DNA from: Acidimicrobiia bacterium
Lineage (GTDB): Bacteria; Actinomycetota; Acidimicrobiia; Spongiisociales; ZC4RG35
Assembly: GCA_965215185.1 (NCBI GenBank)
Contig: OZ244034.1
Coordinates: 2,688,001-2,752,000, forward strand
DNA length: 64,000 nt
Direction of reading: 5' to 3'
Part shown: positions 1 through 9,974 of the stretch, piece by piece
Layout: every line of letters starts with the position of its first letter
Position numbering within the stretch: the first letter of the stretch is position 1
The notes under the pieces: generated by a model
The model's input: only the letters and a program-made list of their open reading frames with translations
Database searches by the model: none
Told to the model about the DNA's origin: nothing
Program-made: the position numbers and the translations under genes

Positions 1-383
1 GCGGTGATCGTTTGAAAGAAAGAAACCTGGGTACCCGGATCAATGAGGAGATCCTAAAGCGCACCGACCAGAAGATAAAGGTTGAATTCGTCATCCTGGC
101 TGTTGATGGCGCCTCCTCCCTCACTCCGCCCCCACCCCCGTCTGCGGACCCCCCGCAGCCCGCACCGCCGCGTCCGGATCCCGGAGCTCAGGAAGCGGAA
201 GAAGAACGGCCGTTTTCGCCCCCCGATGCGACACTTGAAATCGAGAAGATCCAAGCGCCTAAGCCCGACGAGGAGGATGGAGATGGTGGCGGCCAACCGG
301 AAGCCGACCTGAAAGCCTTTTTTGAAGCCGCGGAGATATCAGTAACCGAAGTAAAGCACCCTTCAGGTCCCAGTCTCTTCTAG
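1..383 (+). CDS. dnaX: 3' end of probable DNA polymerase III subunit gamma/tau (partial, open at window edge)
   Basis: Frame open from window edge; Pro-rich/acidic tail; lies upstream of recR (conserved dnaX-ybaB-recR order). Mostly synteny-based. Confidence 0.5.
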   Translation, partial: GDRLKERNLGTRINEEILKRTDQKIKVEFVILAVDGASSLTPPPPPSADPPQPAPPRPDPGAQEAEEERPFSPPDATLEIEKIQAPKPDEEDGDGGGQPEADLKAFFEAAEISVTEVKHPSGPSLF

Positions 384-492
384 GAGCCGCTAACAGGCAG
401 GTCTGAGCTGTCCACTATGGTGTCGGGACTTGCCTTCCCAGGTTCGTCGGACCGGCCAGGTGCGCCCCCTGGGATGGCGGAGGGGATGATCG

Positions 493-600
493 TTAAGCGA
501 TGTCCTCGTCGATTGTCTTCATTACTTCTTCTGCGACAAATCGTCTCTGTCGCCGCCTCCCAGGTTCCATTTCAGTCAGTATCCCTAACTCCTCCAGTAA
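493..600 (-). pseudogene. Probable C-terminal remnant of a Fic-family protein
   Basis: Hand translation LLEELGILTEMEPGRRRQRRFVAEEVMKTIDEDIA* resembles the LxxLGILxExxGRxRxRxF tail of Fic proteins; in-frame stop just upstream. Confidence 0.4.
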
Positions 601-671
601 ACATCGGCATCAGAGACTCGCTCGATAGATTCCCGCAGGTTGTCTCATCCGGCCAATACCCTCAGGTAGAT

Positions 672-1268
672 ATGAAATTCGAGGCGCCCGTCCAGAAGGT
701 GATTGATGAGTTCGCCAGGTTGCCGGGGATCGGGGCCAAAACCGCCCAGCGGCTGGCTTTTCATCTTATGTCGCTTCCCAGAGAGACCGCTGAACGCCTG
801 GGAGAGGCGATTCTTGAGATGACTGAGCGGGTCGGGCGCTGCGTTCGGTGTTTTAACCTCACCTCCGAGGAGTGGTGCGCTATCTGCCGGGACACGCGGC
901 GGGACCAAACTCTGATATGTGTGGTGGAAAGGCCCCAGGACATCTCGGTGATTGAGCGCACCAACGAGTTTCGAGGGGTATATCACGTCTTGGGCGGCTC
1001 CCTGTCGCCCCTGCGGGGGATAGGTCCGGAACAGCTTCGCATCCCCGAGTTGGAGAAGCGGATGCAGACAGAGGGGGTCGTCGAGTTGGTGATGGCCACC
1101 AATCCGACACTTGAAGGGGACGCCACGGCTCTGTATCTGGCGCGTCTTTTCCAGTCGGTGAACGTGCGAATCACTCGGTTGGCCTCGGGACTCCCGGTGG
1201 GTGGGGACCTCGACTACGCCGACGCAATAACCCTGGGGCGGGCCTTGGCCGGTCGCCTGCAGATGTAG
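672..1268 (+). CDS. recR: Recombination mediator RecR
   Basis: LPGIGAKTAQRLA HhH, CxxC..CxxC zinc finger, TOPRIM (ATNPTLEGDATA), GLPVGGDLDYAD; start moved to ATG 672. Confidence 0.97.
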   Translation: MKFEAPVQKVIDEFARLPGIGAKTAQRLAFHLMSLPRETAERLGEAILEMTERVGRCVRCFNLTSEEWCAICRDTRRDQTLICVVERPQDISVIERTNEFRGVYHVLGGSLSPLRGIGPEQLRIPELEKRMQTEGVVELVMATNPTLEGDATALYLARLFQSVNVRITRLASGLPVGGDLDYADAITLGRALAGRLQM

Positions 1269-1306
1269 GCACCACGGGACAACCCGCTCAGCTTAGAGAA
1301 CCCTCG

Positions 1307-2614
1307 TTAGCCGAGGCGGGCAGCCATCATGCGCCGCAGTTGGGCTGCCAAAAGGGAAGAGTCGGCGGTTTGAAGGTCGCCGTCGCGCACCACCACCTGT
1401 CCGGCCACCACCACATGCCGCGGGCGACGACCCGGGTTGGCCCATAAGAGCCCGGTCAGCGGGTCGCTCACTCCGGCGTCTTCCGGCCCGGTGATGTCGT
1501 AACAAACCAAATCGGCGGCGGCGCCGGGTTCCAGAGTTCCGAGTTCGGCCCTTCCCAGACCCAGCGCCGAACCCGCGGTGGCTAGTCCCAGCACCTCGAC
1601 AGCGGTGGGCGACCTGTCCGTCAGTCCTCCCACCTGCAGTGCGAACCTGGCGTCCGCCAACAGGTTCCCGGCGTCGTTGTAGCCCCCGCCACTGGTGCCT
1701 AGGCCCACTGTGATCTCCGCGTCGATCAGTGCGCCCACCTCGCAGATACCCAGGCCCATCGGCACATCGAACCCGGGAGCGTGAGTGGCCGATGCTCCCG
1801 ACTCGGCCAGGCGGGTCCGCTCCGGTCCGGTGATCCCGCACAGGTGAGCGATGGTGACGTCGGACTCCAGCCAACCCCATTCCTCCAAGAGGTCCAGGGG
1901 ACGACGGCCATATAGGGCTGCGGCCCGCTCGACATCCACCACCTCGTTGGCTTGGGTCCGGCGACGAAGACCCCACTGGCGGGAGGCTTCCGCAAAGACT
2001 GCGAAGGTCTCCGGACCATCGGAGTGCACCCCGGCCGGCCCGCAAGCCATCTGAAGCATCCCGTCGGAGCTCAGCGTCGGGAAGCGACCCATCACAGCTT
2101 CTAGTCCGGCTGCCACATCTTGGGGAGAGTCACCTGCCGAGCCATAGCCGAAAACCAACCTGGCCCCCAGTCGGGAGGCGGTACCCACCGTGGCTTCCAC
2201 CATCTGAAGCGGCGTGACACTGCTCGGCCAGGTGAAGTGATGGTCGGCGACGGTGGTGACCCCTGCCAGCAACCCTTCCGCCATACCCACCGCCGCGGCG
2301 GCAGCAGCCAGGTCGGGATCCACCGCCGCTCGACGATAGTAGCCGGCCATGGCAGCCAGCCAGTCTCCCATCGACAGGTGACGGGTGCCCGGCAGAGTGC
2401 GGAAAGCGGATTGCAGGAGATGATGGTGGGCATTGACCAGCCCAGGTATCATCACACATCCGGAGGCGTCTAGGGATTCGGCTCCTTCTTGGCTAGCAGG
2501 GGGAATCGGGTCGGTTGTCACCTCCCTTACTCGACCTGTGTCACAGACCACGGAAGCACCCGAAATCCTTCTGGAACCGGTCCAAACCAGGTCAGCGCCT
2601 GTGACGATGAGCAT
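1307..2614 (-). CDS. Amidohydrolase, 8-oxoguanine deaminase/AtzB-like, with a divergent active site
   Basis: PGLVNAHHHLLQ HxH motif, GVTTVADHH, GTLEPGAAADL; start placed at ATG 2614, 7 nt after TACCAT. Confidence 0.85.
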   Translation of the reverse strand: MLIVTGADLVWTGSRRISGASVVCDTGRVREVTTDPIPPASQEGAESLDASGCVMIPGLVNAHHHLLQSAFRTLPGTRHLSMGDWLAAMAGYYRRAAVDPDLAAAAAAVGMAEGLLAGVTTVADHHFTWPSSVTPLQMVEATVGTASRLGARLVFGYGSAGDSPQDVAAGLEAVMGRFPTLSSDGMLQMACGPAGVHSDGPETFAVFAEASRQWGLRRRTQANEVVDVERAAALYGRRPLDLLEEWGWLESDVTIAHLCGITGPERTRLAESGASATHAPGFDVPMGLGICEVGALIDAEITVGLGTSGGGYNDAGNLLADARFALQVGGLTDRSPTAVEVLGLATAGSALGLGRAELGTLEPGAAADLVCYDITGPEDAGVSDPLTGLLWANPGRRPRHVVVAGQVVVRDGDLQTADSSLLAAQLRRMMAARLG

Positions 2615-2652
2615 CAACACGATGGTAAGCCTGGCCTACCATATTTCCAATG
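2612..2652. promoter_or_regulatory. Symmetric back-to-back -10 elements for two leaderless divergent genes
   Basis: ATGGTA(2622-2627)-N9-TACCAT(2637-2642); each TACCAT is exactly 7 nt before an ATG on its own strand. Confidence 0.6.
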
Positions 2653-3453
2653 GCCGCCCTCTCCTCCCGCCGACTGGAAGAAATGACCCTTCCGCAGGTA
2701 AAGAAGATGATCGGCCCACCCTCGATCCTCATGTTGCCTATCGGATCGGTGGAACAGCACGGCCCTCATCTTCCTCTCACAACGGATCATTTGATCGCCT
2801 CGGAGGCAGCCAAGGCGGTGGCCCTCCGCGGTGGCGAAGAGTTGGATCTCTGGCTTTTGCCCACCCTGGCGGTGTCCAAGGCGAACGAGCACGCCTGGGC
2901 GCCGGGGACCCTCTGGCTTCAAGCGGCCACTCTCCTTTCTGTGGTGAATGACATCGCTTCCTCGGCGGCGACCACCGGCGCTCGACGGCTGGTGTTCCTC
3001 AACTCCCACGGTGGAAACACCGCCCTGCTAGTGGTGGCTTGCCGAGAGGTGCGACTTTCGCAGGGCTTGCAGACATTCTTGCTCCATCCCTTCCTTCCTC
3101 CTGATCACGGTGGGAGGTCCTCGACCGCCCCGGCGGGGGAGTTGGGTATGGGAATCCACGGAGGCCATGACGAGACTTCCATGATGCTGTATCTGCGCCC
3201 GGATCTGGTAAATATGAGGCTGGCTACGCGGAGGGTGCCGGATCGACTGGCTGACAATCGACATGTGCGCTTCGGTGGACCGGTGCCCTTCGGTTGGACT
3301 TCCGATGATTTCGGTCCGGACGGTCACATCGGCGATCCCACCGGTGCCACCGCCGAGCAGGGGCGAGAGTTATTCGATGCAGCCGTAGAGATGTTGTGCG
3401 AACAATTGGCCGAGATAGCTCAGTTCGATTTCGGTGTCGGCTCGGCGGGTTAG
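2650..3453 (+). CDS. Creatininase / creatinine amidohydrolase family protein
   Basis: PIGSVEQHGPHLPLTTD, NSHGGN and HGGHDETS motifs. Confidence 0.92.
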   Translation: MAALSSRRLEEMTLPQVKKMIGPPSILMLPIGSVEQHGPHLPLTTDHLIASEAAKAVALRGGEELDLWLLPTLAVSKANEHAWAPGTLWLQAATLLSVVNDIASSAATTGARRLVFLNSHGGNTALLVVACREVRLSQGLQTFLLHPFLPPDHGGRSSTAPAGELGMGIHGGHDETSMMLYLRPDLVNMRLATRRVPDRLADNRHVRFGGPVPFGWTSDDFGPDGHIGDPTGATAEQGRELFDAAVEMLCEQLAEIAQFDFGVGSAG

Positions 3454-3729
3454 GCAACCAGGACACGTTTCGGCCCAGAAGACTGGGCCAAGCACTGGTA
3501 GCCGGCTGTTCGCCCTGGTCAGAGCCATGTTTCCGAGCAAGGAAGCCACAGCCGACCTGACCGTTTTGCTACGGGGCTATCCAGTATTCGGGGTTCATCT
3601 TGCCAAGCCAAACACTTGCAGGGTCTTTGGGATCGGAAATGCTTTGTTTTCGAATCGCGGCGGTGTAGTTTTCGGTAGAGAAGCGGGCGGATCTGGCGGC
3701 GCTTGCGTTGGAGGTTCAACGCCCAAGAA

Positions 3730-6700
3730 ATGAATAACATCCTTGTTTCAAAGGACCCTGCAATGAGCGCGGGGTCTGGGAGAGGCCGCCACCGTGTGGC
3801 GGTTATTGCTTTCGCTATGGTGGTCTCGGCTATTGGTATCACCCTGAGCAGTGGTGGTGTAGCACTCGCCACTCCAAGTGTGGACTCGGTGACCGTTGTC
3901 CGGGAGAATCCGACAACGGCTGAAATTTCGGTAGCGATAGCTAACCCCGGTACGGAAGAGAACACTATCTATCTTCGGTACCGCGTCAAGTCGGACGACC
4001 AAAACAACCAGAACCCGTGGGTTCCAATCCAGATTGATGCCACCGGGTCTACGGCGGACCTCAAACTGACGGGGTTGACGGAAGGTACTACGTATGAAGC
4101 GCAGGCGTCTGTGGACAGTTCCAACTGGTCATCGCCCGAAAAAGAGTTCACTACCGTATCGCCCGAGATCAGCATAAAGCGACTAGCTGGCTCCTTCGTA
4201 GATGACACCTATGCCGGGTTTAGCTTCATTACGGTTGAGTGGAATTCGCCCTTAGCGGCCTCGAACAACAACGATGAGATAGCTAAGAACCTTTATGTGC
4301 GTTATTACGACGAACCAGCCTCATATTCAGACGATTGGGATTCCATCCCGGTAATCAGCAATAGTAAAGCCAAACCAGGTTTCAGACTGACCGGTTTGCA
4401 GCCGGACACGGGCTACCATGTTGAAGCTTCGCTTGATAGCGATTTCAATGACAAACACACCGTAACCATAGGGTTTAGAACCCGCGGTAGAGCGCATGTG
4501 TCCGATTTGGATGCCAGGGATATCACGAGAACCTCGGCAGAGGTTGACGTGGGTTTTACCAGTCTCCCATCCGGTATCAACCCGACGGTGTACTGGCGTT
4601 ACCGAGTAGTGGGAACGGATTGGCCTGTTCTCCCGGAAACAACCACGATGGACCGCAACGGCGACACCATCAGTCTGACCGGCCTGACTCCGAACACCAA
4701 ATATGAAGTCCAAGCTTCTTTGGAATACAACTTCAGTATTGCCGCCTCGGATATGTTTGTCACTACCTCACCTGGTGTGGATGCCATTGATGTGGTGGAC
4801 ATAAAACAAGTCAGCGCCAATGTCATTGTCACCATTGAAGACCCAAATGCGGAATATCAAGAGGTATATATCCGCTATGTCAGTTACCTAGAGTTGGGTC
4901 CGCAAAGGACTTATGGCAATTGGAGCGCGGCTACAAACGTTTCCATCACTACCGACCCTGACTCCCAAGCCAGGACCGCCTCGCTCCTGTTAGAAGAGCT
5001 TTCCTCTGATACGAAATATGTAGTGCAGGCTTCGCTTGTTCAACTGGACTCCTCGGAAGAGGGCACCAGTCCTGCGACGGACCCCCAGACAACCGGTAAA
5101 GAAACAGATCCCCAGGACGCCAACACTGTTATCAAGGATATCGAGATTTTCGAGACTCTGCGGCCCCAAGTCGTCGAACCTCTGGTCGTGAGCGATGTGG
5201 GGCAGACGGAAGCCACCGTCACCGCCACCATTGACCACCCGAATGGGCGCCCGCAGGCAGTGAATATGCGGTGGCGGTCTTTCGAGTTAGTGAATGGTGT
5301 CAGGAATTACGACAATTGGGTTTCGAAGCAAGCACCAAGCACCACCACAAATGCCGCTGAACTTACATTGACAGGCCTGCAGACCGGGACAGATTACCAG
5401 GTGCAAGCCTGGCTGGATGCCAGTCGTAAAGATACTGAAAGGCCGGTCAAGGACTTTAAAACCACTGATGTCACTGTCTCCGAAGTGAAGGTTGTTCCGG
5501 GTTCGGTGTCTGACATCGGCGCTCAATTGGAGATCGTGATCGTGCCGCATGGTGGCACCGCCTTGACGGCGCACCTGCAATACCAGGTTGACGGCACAAC
5601 CACATGGACGTCTGGTCAATGTGATACCACCAGCGCCGACCCGGACAGTTGTACGGTCACCCTAGAGAATCTCGCTGCGAGTACGGATTACAACGTGGAG
5701 GCGTCCTTGGATTCGACCTTCCCAGAAGATCCTCCCCAACCCGCCATACCGAAGACCAGGAGGACCCAGTTCACCACATTGTCGGGGGATCCGAGTGTCA
5801 CCGATCTGATTATTGCAAACGTCGAGCAGACCGAGGCCGACGTGACGGTCACGTTCGACAACCCTGATTCGACTGCGAAGGACGTTTATCTGCAATATCG
5901 GACGGCCGTCGAAAATGAGCCGGTTGGGAATTGGGAAAAGAAGGACAAACCCAGCACTCCCAGTGGAACAAGTGTGGATTTTGCCTTGGAGGGTCTCTAC
6001 TCTGGGACGACGTACGAAGTATGGGGTTCCCTTGACGGCGAATTCAACGAGTACAGAGCTAAGACCTTCGACACAGATCCTCCCAGCATTAAGGGAGTGA
6101 CCATCGTAAACAAATCGTCGAACGAAGCTACGGTGAGGGTGTTTATCCAGGAGCCGAATGGGCGGGATCAAACGATCTACTTGCAATACCGCACCTATGC
6201 AGATCAAGACCCGTGGCCAGATCCAGAGGACAGCAACACATTCTCTAGCACTGTAGACACTGCGGAATACATCATGCATGAACTCGACAAGGACACAGCA
6301 TATGAGGTGCGGTTGTCGTTGTACGGCGACTACCCCGATGATGGAAGAACCTGGACGGTAATTTTCACCACGACGGCAATAGTGCTCAGGGTAGACGACA
6401 TCACTCAGCACACCGCCTTGGTAAAGACCGAACTTACCGACCCGTCAACGGCGGACGACACAGTGTTTTTGCGCTACCGCACGGCGGATCCCTCCAATCC
6501 GGACTCTTGGATTGATGACTACGCGTTGGGTCCTGATTCCAACAGTCAGCCACAGAATCTGGGGACCACAAAGAGTGAGCAAGGAGGTTTAGGGACACCG
6601 AAGGGTTCGGAAGAAGATGACGGAGATATGGTTCGACAGGTTCTGCTAGAAGGTCTGGACGCCGGCACCACTTATGAAGTGGAGGCCTCTTTTGAGGACT

Positions 6701-7473
6701 TCGACTCAGCGAAGCGAGTTATCTTTCTGGATACATTCATCACCTTGCCTGCTACCCAGACTTCCAATCCGGGTGGAAGTGGCGGAGGTGGAGGTGGCTC
6801 TGGTGGCGGAGGTGGAGGAGGCTCTGGTGGCGGAGGTGGAGGAGGCTCTGGTGGCGGAGGTGGAGGAGGCTCTGGTGGCGGAGGTGGAGGTGGAAGGCCG
6901 CCTTTGCAGGTGGAGTACACCGATGTCCCGGATGGTCACACCCATAAGGAGGCGATCGATGCGATGGCCGCCGAAGGGATATTCGTGGGCACCGAGTGCA
7001 GGCCGGGGGAGTTCTGTCCGGAAAAGCCCATCCCCCGGTGGGTAATGGCGGTGTGGCTGGTGCGACTGGTCGATGGTAAGGAGCCTGAGCCCGAGACTGA
7101 GAGCAGCTTCGTCGATGTGAATCCAGGAAAGTGGTGGGCTGCTCATGTGGAGCGGCTGTGGGATCTTCGTATAACAATTGGTTGCTGGGACGAACCCGGT
7201 GACTTCAGATACTGTCCCGAGGCTTCCACCACCCGTGCCCAGATGGCCAGTTTCCTGGTGCGAATGTACAAGTTTGCCCCCGCCGTGTCGGCTGGGTTTG
7301 TGGACACGGATCACACCAGTCACCGCTTCGACATCGATGCCCTATACGCGGTGGGAGTGACCAAGGGTTGCTTTGTCAATCCACTTCGGTACTGCCCCGA
7401 CGAACCCACATCCCGGGGAGAAATGGCTTCCTTTCTTTACCGTACCCGCCAACACTTGGGGACCACTTCCTGA
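3730..7473 (+). CDS. Large secreted surface protein: signal peptide, about 9 fibronectin type III-like repeats, Gly/Ser linker, 3 SLH-like repeats
   Basis: Hydrophobic leader ending ALA; repeated YxRYR..W..LxGL..TxYxVxASLD..FxT units; C-terminal FxDV..GC..YCP..TRxxMAxFL repeats. Start uncertain (3730 or 3763). Confidence 0.85.
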   Translation: MNNILVSKDPAMSAGSGRGRHRVAVIAFAMVVSAIGITLSSGGVALATPSVDSVTVVRENPTTAEISVAIANPGTEENTIYLRYRVKSDDQNNQNPWVPIQIDATGSTADLKLTGLTEGTTYEAQASVDSSNWSSPEKEFTTVSPEISIKRLAGSFVDDTYAGFSFITVEWNSPLAASNNNDEIAKNLYVRYYDEPASYSDDWDSIPVISNSKAKPGFRLTGLQPDTGYHVEASLDSDFNDKHTVTIGFRTRGRAHVSDLDARDITRTSAEVDVGFTSLPSGINPTVYWRYRVVGTDWPVLPETTTMDRNGDTISLTGLTPNTKYEVQASLEYNFSIAASDMFVTTSPGVDAIDVVDIKQVSANVIVTIEDPNAEYQEVYIRYVSYLELGPQRTYGNWSAATNVSITTDPDSQARTASLLLEELSSDTKYVVQASLVQLDSSEEGTSPATDPQTTGKETDPQDANTVIKDIEIFETLRPQVVEPLVVSDVGQTEATVTATIDHPNGRPQAVNMRWRSFELVNGVRNYDNWVSKQAPSTTTNAAELTLTGLQTGTDYQVQAWLDASRKDTERPVKDFKTTDVTVSEVKVVPGSVSDIGAQLEIVIVPHGGTALTAHLQYQVDGTTTWTSGQCDTTSADPDSCTVTLENLAASTDYNVEASLDSTFPEDPPQPAIPKTRRTQFTTLSGDPSVTDLIIANVEQTEADVTVTFDNPDSTAKDVYLQYRTAVENEPVGNWEKKDKPSTPSGTSVDFALEGLYSGTTYEVWGSLDGEFNEYRAKTFDTDPPSIKGVTIVNKSSNEATVRVFIQEPNGRDQTIYLQYRTYADQDPWPDPEDSNTFSSTVDTAEYIMHELDKDTAYEVRLSLYGDYPDDGRTWTVIFTTTAIVLRVDDITQHTALVKTELTDPSTADDTVFLRYRTADPSNPDSWIDDYALGPDSNSQPQNLGTTKSEQGGLGTPKGSEEDDGDMVRQVLLEGLDAGTTYEVEASFEDFDSAKRVIFLDTFITLPATQTSNPGGSGGGGGGSGGGGGGGSGGGGGGGSGGGGGGGSGGGGGGGRPPLQVEYTDVPDGHTHKEAIDAMAAEGIFVGTECRPGEFCPEKPIPRWVMAVWLVRLVDGKEPEPETESSFVDVNPGKWWAAHVERLWDLRITIGCWDEPGDFRYCPEASTTRAQMASFLVRMYKFAPAVSAGFVDTDHTSHRFDIDALYAVGVTKGCFVNPLRYCPDEPTSRGEMASFLYRTRQHLGTTS
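6796..6891 (+). repeat. 24-bp tandem repeat x4 encoding a (GSGGGGGG)n linker
   Basis: ggctctggtggcggaggtggagga at 6796, 6820, 6844 and 6868 (last copy differs at its final base). Confidence 0.95.
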
Positions 7474-7629
7474 CATTGGCCTACCCGACTGCATGCGCAG
7501 GGAGACAAGCCGGATCAGGTCTGGGTTCAACTTCTAGCTTGGTGATGTCCGGGTAAGAACCGGTACTCCGAGAAGCTAAAATGTGACCACGACCGCCAAA
7601 CGGCGCTCTACGGGACGAGTTGAGGTCTT

Positions 7630-8781
7630 ATGGAAACCGGAATATTCTTGTTCGGAGCAGTGGAGATGGACGACGCGGGAGCGGGCCCTCCGCTTCCAAC
7701 CGACCGCCGCTACAACCAAAAGCAGATGTGGTACGCGGCGGAGCGGATGCTTGATATGGGGGTGGTGACCGAAAAGAGTGGCTTCGACATCTTCTGGTTG
7801 ACCGAGCATCACTTCCAGTACGAGGGATATGAAGTAATCCCCAATGCCGTGCTGTTCGGCGCCGTGCTGGCCGAGCGCACCGAGACTCTGCGGATCGGGG
7901 CACTGTTCAACATCGTGCCCCAATGGAACCCCCTGCGTTTCGCCGAGGATTTCGCCACGATGCACAACCTCTCGGGGGGGCGAGGAGTGCTGGGAGTGGG
8001 CCGGGGAACCGTGCCGCGGGAAGCGCAAACCCTCGGCTCCATGATCGGAAGCCACGACAATCCCGACAAGGCCGACGCCGATCGGATCAACCGGGAGATA
8101 TTCGACGAGACGATGGATGTGATCATGGCGGCCTTCGAGAACGAGACCTTCTCTCACCACGGGCGACATTTCCGGTATCCCCCGGCCGGCATTCCGGACC
8201 GAGGGGGAACCGTTCAGACCCTCACCCTGGTGCCTCGTCCCCTGTATCCTTTCGACACTTGGCAGGCCATCACCTCGCCCCCCACCTTGGAGTACGTGCC
8301 CAAGCGGGGCTGGGGAGGGGTGTTCTGGCTGAAGCACCACCACTTTACGGCCCTTTGGTGGGAAAAGTTCGCCGAACTCTACGACAACGCACAGGGAACG
8401 GCGCTTGAACCGGGCGAAAAGAGGATGCTGGTGCTGAACGTGCGGGTGGGGGACACCCACGAAAAGGCGTGGGAGACAACGCGGCCCGGCCACGATGAGT
8501 TCTGGAAGTTCCTGGGACCCTACGGGTGGAGCCGGGGCTACATGGGCGAAGATGGAAGGCCAACTCCGCCTGGGCTGATTCCCACCTTGGAGCAGTCGGT
8601 GGAGCAAAAGACCTGGATCATCGGTACCCCTGAGGAAGTGGCCGAAGGCGTCTCCTTTTACGCGGAAGCGCTGGGCGGCCTGGAGCACCTCACCTTCTTC
8701 CCACACCTGCCGGGAGACACCTACGACCAAGCCGCCGAACAAATCCAACGACTTGGAGAAGAGGTCCTTCCCCTTCTCTAA
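7630..8781 (+). CDS. LLM class flavin-dependent oxidoreductase
   Basis: GFDIFWLTEHHF, PLRFAEDFATMHNLSGGR..GVGRG, IGTPEEV. Confidence 0.93.
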   Translation: METGIFLFGAVEMDDAGAGPPLPTDRRYNQKQMWYAAERMLDMGVVTEKSGFDIFWLTEHHFQYEGYEVIPNAVLFGAVLAERTETLRIGALFNIVPQWNPLRFAEDFATMHNLSGGRGVLGVGRGTVPREAQTLGSMIGSHDNPDKADADRINREIFDETMDVIMAAFENETFSHHGRHFRYPPAGIPDRGGTVQTLTLVPRPLYPFDTWQAITSPPTLEYVPKRGWGGVFWLKHHHFTALWWEKFAELYDNAQGTALEPGEKRMLVLNVRVGDTHEKAWETTRPGHDEFWKFLGPYGWSRGYMGEDGRPTPPGLIPTLEQSVEQKTWIIGTPEEVAEGVSFYAEALGGLEHLTFFPHLPGDTYDQAAEQIQRLGEEVLPLL

Positions 8782-8828
8782 TCTTGGGTTCGATGAGAAT
8801 CAACCTTCCCGACTCTTGCCGTGAATAG

Positions 8829-9818
8829 ATGACTATCCCCGGCTCCAAGGCGCCCACTCCGGTGGTGGCCGTGGTGAGCTACACCGCTCGGGCGCCCTCC
8901 AAATTGGCGATGATTGGAGAGGAAGCCGAACTGCGGGCGGCTTGCACCCGAGAGCGTCTGGATGCAATCCTGCCCGAGGCCGACATCGTCTTGATCTGGA
9001 ACTACAAATCAGGCCTACTGACAGAGTCGTGGCATCTCGCCCGAAAAGTGAGTTGGGTGCATGTAGCGGCAGCAGGGGTGGATGGTCCTCTTTTCCCCGA
9101 ACTGGTGGAGAGCCCGGCGTTGCTCACCAACGCCGCCGGCGTGTTCGATCATCCCATGGCCGAGTGGACGCTGATGATGATTCTTGCTTATGTGAAAGAA
9201 CTCTTCGACAATGTCGAGTACCAGCGCCAGCGACATTGGGCTTACCGCGAGGTGGGAGTCCTGGAGGGTCAAAAGGTACTGATCATCGGCGCGGGTGGCA
9301 TCGGCCGGGACATCGCCAAAATCCTGGGATTGATGGGGATGGATATCCGGGGCGTGGCGCGCAGTCGCCGTGACGTAGACCCGGACTTCGGTAAGGTCCA
9401 CCCGGTGGCCGATCTGGATCGGTTGCTTCCCTGGGCCGACTTCGTAATCGCCGCTCTTCCTCTCACTCCCCAAACGCGGGGACTGTTGGGAGCAGAGCAG
9501 TTCTCCCTGATGAAGAGCTCGGCCCGGTTCATCAACGTAGGCCGAGGAGCGTCGGTGGATGAGCAGGCCATGATCTCAGCCTTGCAGGATGGAAAGATCG
9601 CCGGGGCGGCTCTGGATGTGTTCACCACCGAACCGCTGCCACCCGAGAGCCCTTTATGGGAGATGCCTAACGTTTATGTCTCGCCTCACATGTCGGGAAG
9701 CGGTTTCGAAGAGCGCCTTGCCGCCCAATTTCGGGACAACTTGCGCCGTTGGAAAGAAGGTCGCCCCCTCCTCAACGTAGTCGACAAACACCTCGGCTTC
9801 GTGCCCTACCGGGGCTAG
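8829..9818 (+). CDS. D-2-hydroxyacid dehydrogenase family protein
   Basis: GAGGIG Rossmann motif, FINVGRG, LDVFTTEPL, SPHMSG. Confidence 0.93.
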   Translation: MTIPGSKAPTPVVAVVSYTARAPSKLAMIGEEAELRAACTRERLDAILPEADIVLIWNYKSGLLTESWHLARKVSWVHVAAAGVDGPLFPELVESPALLTNAAGVFDHPMAEWTLMMILAYVKELFDNVEYQRQRHWAYREVGVLEGQKVLIIGAGGIGRDIAKILGLMGMDIRGVARSRRDVDPDFGKVHPVADLDRLLPWADFVIAALPLTPQTRGLLGAEQFSLMKSSARFINVGRGASVDEQAMISALQDGKIAGAALDVFTTEPLPPESPLWEMPNVYVSPHMSGSGFEERLAAQFRDNLRRWKEGRPLLNVVDKHLGFVPYRG

Positions 9819-9974
9819 GGACTCTGGCCGGGGTTAGCCGGTCAGAACGAACCTCGTGGTACAACCCACTCTGTGAGTATTGGGGGGGCCTTGTAGAGGC
9901 TGCCAGGATTGGCGTCAGCGGTGGTGTCGTGACCCGGAGTTTCACCGTTTGGATCTGAGGTTGCAATTACCTGC

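Noticed and set aside
417-671. N-terminal extension of recR in the ORF track
   Set aside because: RecR homology starts at ATG 672; the extension is not RecR-like.
6772-6897. Tandem repeat as a CRISPR array
   Set aside because: No spacers; it is an in-frame Gly/Ser linker.
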